Virus record (IMG/VR): IMGVR_UViG_3300012931_000015
Span: 32,001-96,000 of that record
Direction: 5' to 3' (one strand)
DNA from: a virus
Length of the DNA stretch: 64,000 bases
Positions 42,119 to 53,518 of the stretch are shown here, piece after piece. Made by a program: the position numbers and the translations under genes. Numbering within the stretch: position 1 is the first letter of the stretch; every line of letters begins with the position of its first letter. The notes under the pieces are model-generated. The model was not told the origin of the DNA. It made no database searches and saw only the letters and a list, made by a program, of their open reading frames with translations.

Positions 42119-42502
42119 TTAGTATTGTTTTCCATGTAATCTTTCACGAGTTTTGTTATATTGCATCTTTAATTCAATATGTTTTTCTATGTCTATATTT
42201 AGACCCCCACACATATCGAATAGTCTAATGAAAGTATCACAAATTTCATCTTCCCAGCTATCTTTAATTTTATTTTCAAATTCTTTTTTAAAATTTTCTA
42301 ATGATTTTGATTCATCATGAATGGTAGTATTATATTCAAAAGATTCTAAATCTGCTGTTTTATTTTTTCTGTGAGCTTCAAGGCATTCACCTAATTCACT
42401 TGTAACAAGCATTAGCATTTCGCCAAAATTACGTTCTTTATCCCAAAACCCTTTATCTTTAGCAGTTTGATGACATTCTTTAACTAATTCTTTTAATTCC
42501 AT
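42119..42502 (-). CDS. MazG-like NTP pyrophosphohydrolase
   Basis: KGFW...LVTSELGE.LEA.RK...EICD..IR..D...KM.YN..R...HGK.Y. Confidence 0.85.
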   Translation of the reverse strand: MELKELVKECHQTAKDKGFWDKERNFGEMLMLVTSELGECLEAHRKNKTADLESFEYNTTIHDESKSLENFKKEFENKIKDSWEDEICDTFIRLFDMCGGLNIDIEKHIELKMQYNKTRERLHGKQY

Positions 42503-42687
42503 GTTTTTATTTATTCTCCTTATTTTCTTTTTTAAGTTTTTTTATTTCATTTTTTAGTTTTTCAATTTCTTCATTTTTTTCAAGCAGACATAATTCACAA
42601 AAAACATTTTCATTTTCTGAATTGATTTCAGTTAAACAATTATAACATTTTAATTCACGAGGCATAGTTATAAATAGTCCTTTCGTT

Positions 42688-42990
42688 TCAATAATGTGCT
42701 GTTAAATATAATTTATTGTCTTCTCTGTATTTTATATAACTAAATATATCAAAGAATTCGGAATTTGTTTCGGGATAATCTATATTTGGTTTTTTTATTG
42801 TTTTCCAATTATGTTCTGTAAAATATTTATCCTCTATTCTTTCAACAAAAATAGGAGAATTTCTATCAATATCATATTTATAAATATAATCTAATAAATC
42901 TTGAACTGTAAAACACCAAGGTTTTATTTCACTTTCTTTAGTAGTTAATAGTTCTTCTTTTATTTCATCATCTGTAATTATAGTACCCAT
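42688..42990 (-). CDS. Hypothetical protein
   Basis: AAGGA RBS. Confidence 0.55.
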   Translation of the reverse strand: MGTIITDDEIKEELLTTKESEIKPWCFTVQDLLDYIYKYDIDRNSPIFVERIEDKYFTEHNWKTIKKPNIDYPETNSEFFDIFSYIKYREDNKLYLTAHY

Positions 42991-43202
42991 TATATTTTAT
43001 TTCCTTTTACTTTTCATTTCAAGATATTTAAACTTAATGTAAGCAATCGGGTATTGTGTTATAAACCTAAACCATTGTTTAAATGTTACTGGCATAATGA
43101 ATCTTAAACTTTCTTTATAAAACCCTTTCCTCATAATTATTTTTCTCCTTAACTATTTTTTTATTTTAACTTATAATTTTTTAATGTCAAGCAAAAATTA
43201 AA

Positions 43203-43985
43203 TTAATTTTTAAATATTTTTTCTTGTTCTATAATATCAAATTTAGTCTCAATTGGTAAATATATAATACCTGATTCTAATATTTCATCTGACATTTTGG
43301 CATTAGCAATACTCATTTTTGTTTTATTTTTTCTTTCAGTAAAAGAATCATCCATGTGGATATTTTTAATATATTTTTTACTACCTTTAAAATCGTACAA
43401 ATAATTTTCTCTGTTTAAAAAAGTATTAATTCTTTTTTGCACACAAAAATGCTCCAAGCCGTACTTTTCTGGTAACAAAGGAAATCCCCCAACATTTTCT
43501 ATTATATATTTATCTAGCATTATAAAATTACCATAAAATCTTGTAAAACAATCAACATCAATATTATTAAGTTTAATTGAAGTTTGATAATCACTATAAA
43601 CAGTAAAATCATTATGAAGATTTACATTATGAATATTACTTTTAATAAAATTTTCACAATAAAATTTATCCCAATCCCTATGAAATATGTTATCATTATC
43701 AGATAGTATTATTATATCACAATCACTTAATAATTGCAAGCCTTGATTTTTAACTGAAGCAATGCCGGTATTTATTTTATTTCTAACTGTTTTTATTCTG
43801 CTTTCAATAGATTTATAAAAACTGTAAACCGCTTGTAAAGTAGAATAGTCATCAATTATTACTATTTCATCAATTATATTAGCTGTATGAATAAGAGATA
43901 TTACAGATTTTTTAAGTATACTATAAGTAATTTCGTTTGTAACATAACTAGAAATGCAGAGTCCGACTTTTTTATTATCAATCAT
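43203..43985 (-). CDS. GT2 glycosyltransferase
   Basis: IIDDYS...NTGIA..KN.GL...DND...VGGF...YGLEH. Confidence 0.85.
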   Translation of the reverse strand: MIDNKKVGLCISSYVTNEITYSILKKSVISLIHTANIIDEIVIIDDYSTLQAVYSFYKSIESRIKTVRNKINTGIASVKNQGLQLLSDCDIIILSDNDNIFHRDWDKFYCENFIKSNIHNVNLHNDFTVYSDYQTSIKLNNIDVDCFTRFYGNFIMLDKYIIENVGGFPLLPEKYGLEHFCVQKRINTFLNRENYLYDFKGSKKYIKNIHMDDSFTERKNKTKMSIANAKMSDEILESGIIYLPIETKFDIIEQEKIFKN

Positions 43986-43995
43986 TATACGGGTA

Positions 43996-44550
43996 TTAGT
44001 ATATAAAAATATTTTTTTTGTATAATTTGTAAAGTTCGTTTATATTCTTTAACCAACCTACTTTATCTCTCATATAATGGTTATAAGGAGTATTTTTATT
44101 ACTTATCATTGTGGAATAAATACCGTTTTTTCTATAGTCATTAAGGTGTGTTGGACAATCATCGATCCAAAAATCAGCTTTTAGTTTTTTTAACATACTT
44201 AATTTTGACTGATTAGGTTTTACAACAAAACAAGGAACATCAAATAGTTTTTCTACAAACTCTATGGTTTCGTTTGCTATATTTTTACTTCGAGCAGTAA
44301 TTATATAAATAGAAAATCCTTTATTTTTCAAAGATTTAATAAATTTTTTTGCATTATAGAAAGGTTTTAGCTTACACATTACATTACTATCTTTAAACAT
44401 TTCAAGAACTTCATTTTTTATATGAGCAGGATAATTACTTAGTTCCCAATCAAAAGCTGGTTGATATTTTAGTTTATGTTTTTTAAATATTTTTTTAATT
44501 GGTTTTTCTAAATCAACTAGAGTATTATCAAGATCAAAACATATAACCAT
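43996..44550 (-). CDS. HAD 5'(3')-deoxyribonucleotidase-like protein
   Basis: FDLDNTL...ITAR...K...IDD...PYN. Confidence 0.8.
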   Translation of the reverse strand: MVICFDLDNTLVDLEKPIKKIFKKHKLKYQPAFDWELSNYPAHIKNEVLEMFKDSNVMCKLKPFYNAKKFIKSLKNKGFSIYIITARSKNIANETIEFVEKLFDVPCFVVKPNQSKLSMLKKLKADFWIDDCPTHLNDYRKNGIYSTMISNKNTPYNHYMRDKVGWLKNINELYKLYKKNIFIY

Positions 44551-44796
44551 AATCTTTTATCCTTTACTTTTAAAATTAACTATTTTATTTTTTGCAATTC
44601 ATACCTGATAAATTTATTTACCTCTGAATTAAATATAGAAATAATTTCATAATTAAATATTTTTAATATAAAATTCAACATAGTTTTAAATTTTGGTTTA
44701 TGCCAGCTATTAATATATAAAGAACTTGTAAAATATAAATTATTATTCATATAATCTTTCCTTTTTTCAACTATCTGGAAATACCGGATAGTTCAT

Positions 44797-45525
44797 TTAT
44801 TTTTTACATTTATAAAAAATCCATAGTTGGTGATCTGAGCTCCATGCCTGACTTATTTGATAAGTTATATCTTTAAATCCGATTTCTGTCAAGTCTTTTA
44901 TCACTTCATCAGGATTACTTACAATTGTATCACACATAGCATTTGTACCATGAGCATCAATATAATCCTCATAATAATCATGGTATCGTACCCAATTAGT
45001 TATTTTATAGGTATCAGGATCATAACCCATTTGAAAGCTAAATAAACCATCATTTTTCATAACTCGATAAATATCTTTCATTAAAGAGAATCTTATGGTA
45101 TACACACAAATGTGTTCCATTACGATAGTCGACATTACAAAATCAAAAAGATTATCTGGAATATTTTCTAAATTTACACCATTACAAAGATACAATTTTA
45201 AATTATCTATGTTTTCAAATTTTTCAAAATAATTCTTTTCAGTATAATTGAGATTATTTTGTGATATATCTGTTCCAGCACAAATACCCCAATCAACTAA
45301 ATCTTGTGTATTTAATAGATTGCGCCCGCAACCCGCCCCGAAATCCAGAAAATTTTTCCCCTTCCAATATTCAGGATTATTTCTTACATCGCTTATAAGA
45401 ATATTGTAATAATCTGGGTTATTGTTATGCCCGCCGTGGTTACCGATTTGCATTAGATCAGCATTACCTTCATACCATTCCTTCTGCATTTTAGTATACT
45501 TGTTGTTTTCATCTAATATAGTCAT
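44797..45525 (-). CDS. Class I SAM-dependent methyltransferase
   Basis: LDFGAGCGRN...DIS...FDFV.STIV..HI...RV.K..G. Confidence 0.85.
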   Translation of the reverse strand: MTILDENNKYTKMQKEWYEGNADLMQIGNHGGHNNNPDYYNILISDVRNNPEYWKGKNFLDFGAGCGRNLLNTQDLVDWGICAGTDISQNNLNYTEKNYFEKFENIDNLKLYLCNGVNLENIPDNLFDFVMSTIVMEHICVYTIRFSLMKDIYRVMKNDGLFSFQMGYDPDTYKITNWVRYHDYYEDYIDAHGTNAMCDTIVSNPDEVIKDLTEIGFKDITYQISQAWSSDHQLWIFYKCKK

Positions 45526-45571
45526 TTTTTATTTCCTTTTTAAAAAAGATAGATAGCTAAATTTTATATTC

Positions 45572-46000
45572 TTATAATCTTTCTAAAGTTTTACCTTCAT
45601 TATTTAGTAAGTAAATATCCTCATTATTTCTATAACAAGCAACACGAAGATCATTACCATTACTAAAGTTAATATCAATGATTTTTATACCCCAATAAGC
45701 TCTGTCATTTTCTTCATCTAAATGATGTTGCTGTAATACTTCTTCAGGGTCAAGTATCATTTCATCAACTGGCATGATTACATCTAATAATACTCTATGT
45801 TTTCCCTGCAATGTACAGTTTTCACTCAACCCACATATTTGAAGGTATTTATCATTTTCGTTAAATTCAAATCCTTCATCTTCTAGTTTTGATTTTTGAG
45901 TTAATGCAAAATCAGCAGGTATTGATACATCTATTTTATTAATGTTATCAATATAAATCCAGTTATTGCCTTTTTTACTTTTCTTAATTTTTAAAATCAT
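45572..46000 (-). CDS. Hypothetical protein
   Basis: GAGG RBS; C-terminal YLLN..GKTLE. Confidence 0.55.
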   Translation of the reverse strand: MILKIKKSKKGNNWIYIDNINKIDVSIPADFALTQKSKLEDEGFEFNENDKYLQICGLSENCTLQGKHRVLLDVIMPVDEMILDPEEVLQQHHLDEENDRAYWGIKIIDINFSNGNDLRVACYRNNEDIYLLNNEGKTLERL

Positions 46001-46074
46001 ATTCTTTTCTACCTCTTTAATTTTTTGTCTAACTTTCTTTTTATTTGGCTATCTATCTACTTGATATTAGTACG

Positions 46075-46605
46075 TTAATTTATTTTAAAACATTTTCCAT
46101 TTTCAGAAAATATTTCCTCAAATTTTTTATAATTTGTTCCTAAATATATCATACAACAAGCCATAGGCGCACCTTTTTTATTTTCTTTGCCTTTACTCCA
46201 AAACTTTAATCGTGTATCATTTAAAAAACAAATAGCAGTAGCATTTTTAAAAATTAAATTTTTAAAATGTTTTGTATTAGTTGCAACTGGTATTAATAAT
46301 AGTATTTCATTTTTGTACTGTATGAAAGTATTTATACATTTTTCTATCCAATCATAAATTGTTATTTTATTTTATTTATTTCTTCCATAGGGAGGATTTA
46401 CAAAAATTGTTTTATAATTCCATATTTCATTTAGTCCGTTCTTTTCTGGAAATATAAATTTTGTTTTAGCATTTATAAAACTATATTCATTACTACAAGG
46501 GTCAAGTTCAATATTATTATTAAAAAATTTATTAATTATTTGTACATATTTAGGAGGAGTGTTCCAATCCTTTTTATCTGTTATGTGCTTTCGTCCTGCT
46601 ATCAT
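46075..46605 (-). pseudogene. Phage Dam-type N6-adenine DNA methyltransferase with one in-frame TAA
   Basis: DWNTP...LDPCS...NGL...W...FVNPPYGRNK*NKITIYDWIEK...LIPVATNT...CFL..RLKF...GAP; TAA at 46372-46374. Confidence 0.8.
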
Positions 46606-46805
46606 TGATTAGCTCTTGTGTTCCATTCAATAACTGCTTGTTCATCACTGCATTTATCACTAACCCATTTCTCACAACCGCAATTACATGCAAAATATCT
46701 TATTTTAGCCCCACAACATTCTTCTTCACATCTCACTATTTCTATTTCTTTGCTATTGCAAAATGGACAAGGTAGTAGTTGTTTTTTAATTTGTTTATCT
46801 TTCAC
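46602..46805 (-). CDS. Lar-like restriction alleviation Zn-finger protein
   Basis: LLPCPFC...C.C...AVIEWNTRA. Confidence 0.65.
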   Translation of the reverse strand: MKDKQIKKQLLPCPFCNSKEIEIVRCEEECCGAKIRYFACNCGCEKWVSDKCSDEQAVIEWNTRANQ

Positions 46806-46810
46806 TTTAT

Positions 46811-48130
46811 TTATTTTCCTATATGACTAAATCTTAAATCACAATATGTTGCATCTGAAGAATAATAATAATCTCCACCCTGTCTGTCATAAAGTTTTAC
46901 AACTTCATAATATACTTTTTCATTATTTTCAAGTTCTTTCATTACAACTTTTAATCCTAGTTTACAATTAATATAATTGTCATTTTTATCAAAAATAATA
47001 GGATACTTTCTTTCTTTATTCCACACAGTAACATTGTACCAAACATCTTTTATATATTTTGGACTTTTATTTTTTATTCTTTTTAAAAATTCTTTGAACA
47101 TATTAGTTTTTATCCTTTATTTTTTATAAATTTATAGCATTCTTCATAAGCTTTTAATTTACCTTTTGCATAATAGCCTAGTGTATCGTTTCCGTGTTTT
47201 TCAACTTCTTCTCTTTCTATTTGTATTCTCGTTTCTAAATCTGAAATATTTAAAATATCAGACATATCTTAATTCTCCTTTTCTTCCACATTATCAAGTT
47301 CATCCTGACACTCTATAATATCTAATAATAATTGTTTACCTTTATCTGTTAGCCAACTACATCTAATAGTACTTCCATGTTCAAGATAACCTTTGTGAGT
47401 AGCCCAATAAGCAAAAAACATATAAGGTAGATCAGCATAATCTTGATATTTTTTATTATCAAATACCATAAGCATAGCTTTTACATAATCCATTATTTCT
47501 TCTGGATTACCACAACCACAAAAATCTAGTTCATCTATCATTAAAAAATCACTTTTAGAATCCCAATGACACCCTGTTGTATCAATATAACCACTACCAT
47601 AATATTCATCTTTTTTTAATATTTCTAACATTTAGTTTGTCCTTCTAATAATTCATCTATTTCTTTTTTAGTAAAATATGTTTCAAGTTTTATAGGTTTA
47701 AAAATATTAAACATCATTTTATTGTAACTTGGTAATTTATCATACAAGTGTTCTGGATTTTTTCCTTGACAAATTAATTTAATATTTTTTTTACTATCTA
47801 AATCAATCACTTTGTTTCTAAAACGAAAAACTTTATCATTTCTATAAAAAAAGAAGTAAAAATTTAAGAACGAAAGTAATACAGCAACGCTAATAATAAT
47901 TGTAGTAAAAGTAGTAATTGTTGAAATCATGAATAAATCCTCCAATATAACTCTAAAGTATCATAATCTTTTAATTTAAATCTCCAATTTCTCAAATACA
48001 AATCTATAATTTTTCTATGCTCTCTTAGATCACAATATGTTCCATAATGTTTGTATTTTTTATGATATTTTTTGTAAATTTTTAATTCTTTTAATTGTTT
48101 CTTAAAACATTTTTTGTAGTTAAATTTCAT
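46811..48130 (-). CDS. Cluster of hypothetical genes (46811-47101, 47269-47631, 47625-47945, 47927-48130)
   Basis: Consecutive ORFs; 47269-47631 carries FCGCG.PE...EHG...WLT.KG. Confidence 0.55.
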
Positions 48131-48314
48131 ACAATTACTTCCTATTCTTTTTTTAGTTCATCAAAATTTAATATAATTATATTAGCTTCAGGATCAAGAA
48201 ATGCTCCTCTATACTTTCCAGACATTTTGGAATAATACATTTCATTACCTACATTTAATATTATATCAGTATTTTCTTTAATATCTTTTATATAATTTAA
48301 TAAATCTTGTTTTT

Positions 48315-49088
48315 TCATATATTATATTTATAATTACCCTCTGTAAAATATTCTTTGTACCAATCTTTTGTTTTGAAAATTTCTAGCATACCCTTTTGCA
48401 TATCTTCGCCAGCTTTTTTATAATATTCTTGACGATTCTTAAATTCTTTGTCATTACCACTATCATAGGTGATCGAAGTTTGATGTGAAAGCAAAATGGA
48501 GTAATCAACTCCGATGGACAAACCTGCTTTTCTTACAAAATATGAAAAAAAATAATCCGATCCCCAACTTGGGAATCTTGGGTCTAATTTCCAATTAAAA
48601 GAATCCAAAGCGTCCTTAGAAAAAAATGGGGCGATAAAGTCCACCATTGAATGCCCTTTTGTAATCCCGTTAAAATTTTCTTTATTAGGAATTTTCACCA
48701 TATAATCATAACAATAATCCGGCACGGGTTTAATAAGAGAAGGATGCAAAACCCCGATGTCTGGATTTTCTTCTAAATGCTTTATCATATTAGCTAAAGG
48801 GTCAACATTTGGGTATTCAAATTTTATGTCATTTGTTAATAACCACGCTCGGCGTGGATTATATTCTTTAGCAATTTTTAATATTGAATTCATTCCCCCA
48901 GTCAATCTAGTGTTTTGTTCTATACGGTGTGTTGTGCTTTTGGCTATTTTATCTTTTTCACTTCCATTATCAAAGCATATAAGTGTATAAGGTATCTTGA
49001 CAAGTTGTTTAATTTGATTTACAAGAGCATCGGAAAGTGAGGGCATATTATACGACAATACTGCAATAATGTTATCAGAGCTATTCAT
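48315..49088 (-). CDS. GT-A (GT2-like) glycosyltransferase
   Basis: LSYN...FDNGS...LTND...P.F...D.RF..WG.D; paralogue of 24341-25156. Confidence 0.75.
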   Translation of the reverse strand: MNSSDNIIAVLSYNMPSLSDALVNQIKQLVKIPYTLICFDNGSEKDKIAKSTTHRIEQNTRLTGGMNSILKIAKEYNPRRAWLLTNDIKFEYPNVDPLANMIKHLEENPDIGVLHPSLIKPVPDYCYDYMVKIPNKENFNGITKGHSMVDFIAPFFSKDALDSFNWKLDPRFPSWGSDYFFSYFVRKAGLSIGVDYSILLSHQTSITYDSGNDKEFKNRQEYYKKAGEDMQKGMLEIFKTKDWYKEYFTEGNYKYNI

Positions 49089-49773
49089 TAATATTTTTCC
49101 TTAAATTTTTTATAACTTGTATTATTCTGGCTATCTTCTTTACTTTGCCCTATTATTTCTATGGTAACAGCTTCATCTTTATCTATATTTTCTAAAGTTT
49201 TATTTATTTCATTACCTGCTTTATTTAAAGCATCAACTAATTCTTTTTTATGCTTATACAATTTATTTACATACTGCAAAGCACCTAAACCATATATTGA
49301 ATTACATGTAATACACTTAAAATATTTACCATCCTCACTTATATTAAATATATCAGAACCACAACTACAATTTAAATTTTTAAACATAATATTTTATTCC
49401 TTTTCTTTTTCAAGGTTTGTTTTTATATCTATATTTACTAATTTCATTAAATATACAATTTCTTCTTCTCTTTCTATTATATCACATAATAACTCTTCTG
49501 CATCATCCGCTGATTCAGATGTTATTGTTTTCTTTAAATATTTAAGCCAAGCTAAAGTTTTATGTTTTATAAGTTCTTGATCTTTCATAATTAAATTTTT
49601 CTCCTATATTTTATAGCCGGATGAAAAAATGTGCTATTATGAATTTCTTCATATTTTTCAATAGCTTCTTGCTCCGACATAGCATAAATTATTTCTATAT
49701 TCTCATAATGCCCACCTACACAACTATATTCAGATTCAGTATCTATATAAGTTCCTACCCAAAATTTTGTCAT
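49088..49773 (-). CDS. Three small hypothetical genes (49088-49387 Zn ribbon, 49394-49588, 49591-49773)
   Basis: Coupled ORFs. Confidence 0.5.
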
Positions 49774-49776
49774 AAG

Positions 49777-50544
49777 TTATTTCCCTTTCTTTATTTTAAT
49801 AATCTTACTACTAACCATTGTTCCACTTTCTTTAAATGCGCCACTATCTAAGTCAAATATTTCAGCATTGTTTATTTTTAAAAATTCTCTAAACTCATCA
49901 TTTATTTTTCTACTATTACTGAATGCTCCACTACTTAATATTCCAACCAAAATACCATTATCTGTTAAATGATCAAATGCTTTCATTGTATGAATAATAT
50001 CTTGATTTTTAGTAAATGGAGGATTCATTAATATTCTGTCAAACGAAAATAAAATATCGTAGTCTAAAAAATTACCATTTATTATATTAAAGTTAATATT
50101 ATTTGGTTTGTTATTTTCTAATAGTTCACAATTTTCTTTATCTAGCTCAATACAAGTTATATCAAGATTTAAATTAGGTAAATTAAGAATTATGTTTCCA
50201 ATTCCTGCGCTTGGTTCTAACAACCAGCAACCAGTATATAATTCTGCCAATTCTATCATTTCTTCTACAATTTCTATTGGAGTATAGTACTGTTGATATT
50301 CTTTTTTTATATCAATATATTCTCCGGTCTCTATTAAATTATTTATTGATTCTTTCAAATCTGTTTCTGTATTTTCACATACATGATATTTTAGTTTTCT
50401 ACCCCATTTTATGTTTAGGGTTTCTAATACTTTCATTAAATCTAAATATAGTTTTCTATCTAACTGTGTGTTTGGAAGATATAAGTTATTATCTTCAATG
50501 TTACAATTTGATAGTACATTAATTATTTCTTGTTTAATTTTCAT
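49777..50544 (-). CDS. N6-adenine DNA methyltransferase
   Basis: YYTP...LEPSAGIG...FDRILMNPPF...GAFKESGT. Confidence 0.85.
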   Translation of the reverse strand: MKIKQEIINVLSNCNIEDNNLYLPNTQLDRKLYLDLMKVLETLNIKWGRKLKYHVCENTETDLKESINNLIETGEYIDIKKEYQQYYTPIEIVEEMIELAELYTGCWLLEPSAGIGNIILNLPNLNLDITCIELDKENCELLENNKPNNINFNIINGNFLDYDILFSFDRILMNPPFTKNQDIIHTMKAFDHLTDNGILVGILSSGAFSNSRKINDEFREFLKINNAEIFDLDSGAFKESGTMVSSKIIKIKKGK

Positions 50545-50583
50545 AGTTTAATTTCCTCTTATATTTTTTAATAAATAAAAAAA

Positions 50584-50706
50584 GACTCATTCCAACTGTT
50601 CCTGTTGGAGATACCTGTTAATTCAGGTCGACTGGTGCGCTTACGACTTGTAGTCTTTAGAGGCGTTCGAGTCATTTCAAAAAACATTAAATGGAGGGGA
50701 GTCCAT
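50584..50706. ncRNA. GC-rich multi-hairpin element (structured RNA or ssDNA signal)
   Basis: GACTC/GAGTC stem enclosing TCCAAC/GTTGGA, ACCTG/CAGGT and CGC(TT)/(AG)GCG with inner GACT/AGTC; separate ATGGA/TCCAT hairpin. Confidence 0.5.
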
Positions 50707-50714
50707 CTATAATT

Positions 50715-50981
50715 TTATAATATTTCCCTTTTTATAAACTGACTTATTATAAACTCTTCTTTTTTTGTGAAATCATTAAATTTTCTATAACCTTTGATAA
50801 TTACTCTATCACCTTTTCTTAAATCTGCCAAAGTTTCACCTATTTCTTCCCAGCCTATCAAAATTAGTTCTTCATCGTCATTTTTTATTTTTACTTTACT
50901 TAATAATTTACCAGAAGGTACATATTTAGTTTCAGGATCATGTTGTAATATACCATCTGTAAATTCATGTTCATAACTCAT
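50715..50981 (-). CDS. Short SSB-like protein
   Basis: G.L..DPE.KY.PSG...W...GE..A.LRKGDRV.IKG. Confidence 0.7.
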   Translation of the reverse strand: MSYEHEFTDGILQHDPETKYVPSGKLLSKVKIKNDDEELILIGWEEIGETLADLRKGDRVIIKGYRKFNDFTKKEEFIISQFIKREIL

Positions 50982-50996
50982 AATAATTTTTATTCC

Positions 50997-51430
50997 TTAA
51001 TTTTGATTTAAAAATTTTGCATCTTTTTCAGATAAATTACTATAAAAACCGCACTCATTAATTCCATTACTATTTAAACAAAATCCATTATATTCAAAAT
51101 TACATTGTATAGTAATATTTGCTGGTGTGTTTATATTGACAATACTTTCTGATTCATTCTTAGTACACATTTGCATATTTTCAACGTATTTCATATTTCC
51201 TCATCATGATTAAAATCTAAAATATTTGTATCTTCTAGTTTAAATTTTTTATTTTCAAAGTATCTACTTAAATCTTCACAATTAATTGCAATACAATTAT
51301 TATTTTCATCATTTTCTATGCTCTTAACATCCCAATAAGAAAAGCCTACATCAATCACTATACCTATGTTTATATCTTTATCTTGTATTTTATTTTTCTT
51401 AATAAATTTAATTAATTCTTTACCTGTCAT
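50997..51430 (-). CDS. Two small hypothetical genes (50997-51194, 51191-51430)
   Basis: Coupled ORFs. Confidence 0.5.
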
Positions 51431-51440
51431 ATTTTTCCTT

Positions 51441-52184
51441 TCATCTAAAAAGTGGAATTCGTTCTCCGCTAAGTCTTATTATATGTAATTTTAAATCACT
51501 ATATTTCATCTGACAATCAAAATTTTTATTTTCTGATAGAAACATAGTAAAAGGAAATTCGCCTTCTATTACTTTATGTTTTCTAATAGAAACATCAAAG
51601 TATTTATCCATTATTTTTGGAAAATTTTCAATAATTTTTACAAATATATTACGAGAAATAATAATAAAAGAATCATGCCGAAGTGAATAATCTAAGGAAT
51701 GGGGGGATGGGATTATGTAAATTGTATTTGGGTTTTTAAAAACATCTTTTATCTCGTTCATGTTTATTTTAGTATTATAGAATAAATCATATCTAGTTTT
51801 AATAACTATATCAAACTGCATATTATTTTCTTTTTCATATTCAAGCATTAAGTTATAAGCTTGCTCTATTGAATACCACATTCCATGTACAGAATTATAC
51901 CCCCCAACTTCATTATAAAGGGGCTTATCCTTACATACAAAAACTTGTTCCTGTTCTATTAAAAGCTTAGTTGGTTTATAAAAAATAAAATTGTCTTTTG
52001 TAATAATTTTATTAGCCTTTTCTCCGTCTCCAGTTTTATTCCACCACACATGATTTTTATGACTAATTTTATTATAGGAGTGGCAAAATATTTTTGGTTG
52101 AAGATGAGCAAAAGCTTGATGAAATGATTCATAGGTTTGAATAGCTGATCTATAATGACCTGTTAGAAGTATTGCTATGTTCAT
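51441..52184 (-). CDS. Glycosyltransferase-like protein of the 'IA..L.G..RS...YD.VI..R.D' family
   Basis: MNIAILLTGHYRS...F.H...MWYSI...FDIVIKTRYD...D.F...E. Confidence 0.6.
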   Translation of the reverse strand: MNIAILLTGHYRSAIQTYESFHQAFAHLQPKIFCHSYNKISHKNHVWWNKTGDGEKANKIITKDNFIFYKPTKLLIEQEQVFVCKDKPLYNEVGGYNSVHGMWYSIEQAYNLMLEYEKENNMQFDIVIKTRYDLFYNTKINMNEIKDVFKNPNTIYIIPSPHSLDYSLRHDSFIIISRNIFVKIIENFPKIMDKYFDVSIRKHKVIEGEFPFTMFLSENKNFDCQMKYSDLKLHIIRLSGERIPLFR

Positions 52185-53238
52185 TCAAATTTTCCATTCA
52201 ACATTAAAATAGCCACTTTCTTTTTCAAACTTATTTCCGGTTATAATATTTATTCCTTTGAATTTTGTTGTACATAAATAAGCTGTACCTTTCAATCCTT
52301 TGCGTTTAGCACCATGATTTAAAATATCTTGTTCTATAATTTTCATTTTTCTATTTGTTTTGAATCTTGAAGCTGGCATACCTATAAAACTAAATTGTCT
52401 ATAACTTTGATCTTTTTGATACTCTTCTGTAAGTTTTTCATTTATTAAATCAGATATTTGATCGAGTGTTGAATTTATCGGAGCTTTCACATAATAAAAA
52501 CTGCCACAACCTTCTCTATCAACATTTCTTATTTGAAATTTTTTTATTTCTTTACTTAGTTTATTAATATAAGTTATATTTTTTAGAATAGATTTGCAAT
52601 AAGGGCATTCGGTTATTGTTTCTAAACAACCATGACAATCTTCTGATTTTTTAAATGAAGTATAAGTTTTTATATTATAGTTATTAATATTTTGTTTCAT
52701 ATCTTCACAAGGCACAAAAGTTTCTTCATCCCAATGACATTTGTTATCCATATAAGCACTCCTTTTAATACCAGTATTGCAAATAACCATATTTTATTTT
52801 ATAGTTTTCTTTTCCATAGTATTTATCTAAAAATTGAATAATGTTATAATGTTGTTTTTGAAAATTTTGAATAATTTCTGAAATATTTGTATCAGTTAAA
52901 TCAATTATTAAATCATTGTTTCCTATAAAGTTGGTATAATGAGGATATTCTATATTTAAGTAATAATAAATAAAATCAGGAGCATTTCCCATCTGTAATT
53001 TAATTATTTCTTCTTCGAGTTCATCTGTTATTTCATCCCAAAAATCATTTATTATATTTTGTGATTTAGAGATGGTTTTTACTTCTCCTCCACAAAGTTT
53101 ACAATATTTTCCCTCATAATTATATTTATTGTAAGTTTCATGACATTTTATATATTCAGTTTCAGTTATTTCAACATTTCTATATTGTGGTTCACATTTA
53201 AAATAAATGCCTAAATATTGATGTAAATCTAAACTCAT
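52185..53238 (-). CDS. Two hypothetical genes (52185-52790, 52765-53238)
   Basis: ORFs behind TTGACA-17-TATACT (53305-53277). Confidence 0.55.
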
Positions 53239-53341
53239 AATTTTATCCTTTAGAAATAAAGATTTAATTTTTATTGAGTATAAAATATTTTAGCAGATTT
53301 GTCAACAATTATTTTTAATTTTTTTTAAAGAAAATAAAAAT

Positions 53342-53425
53342 TGGGAGCCGTGTGAGTCGAACACACCGAGCCCGAAAGCACCAGATTTACAGTCTGACCT
53401 GCCTCCACTTACAGAATAGACTCCC
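53342..53425 (-). tRNA. tRNA-Tyr(GTA)
   Basis: Cloverleaf with CAGA-CTGTAAA-TCTG arm, long variable arm and GTTCGACTC; no CCA. Confidence 0.9.
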
Positions 53426-53436
53426 ATTTAAAAAAA

Positions 53437-53510
53437 TAGCTTCGGAGGGATTTGAACCCATCACTACACAGAGCTTAAATCTGTTGACTCTTCCGTTGGT
53501 TTACGAAGCC
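53437..53510 (-). tRNA. tRNA-Leu(TAA), short variable arm
   Basis: ACAGA-TTTAAGC-TCTGT; acceptor GGCTTCG/CGAAGCT; A73. Confidence 0.8.
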
Positions 53511-53518
53511 ATACTATA

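Noticed and set aside
53437-53510. Possible ochre suppressor tRNA (TTA) explaining the TAA in the Dam-type gene
   Set aside because: The 7-nt loop TTTAAGC places TAA at positions 34-36 (Leu), and TAA is the main stop codon throughout the window.
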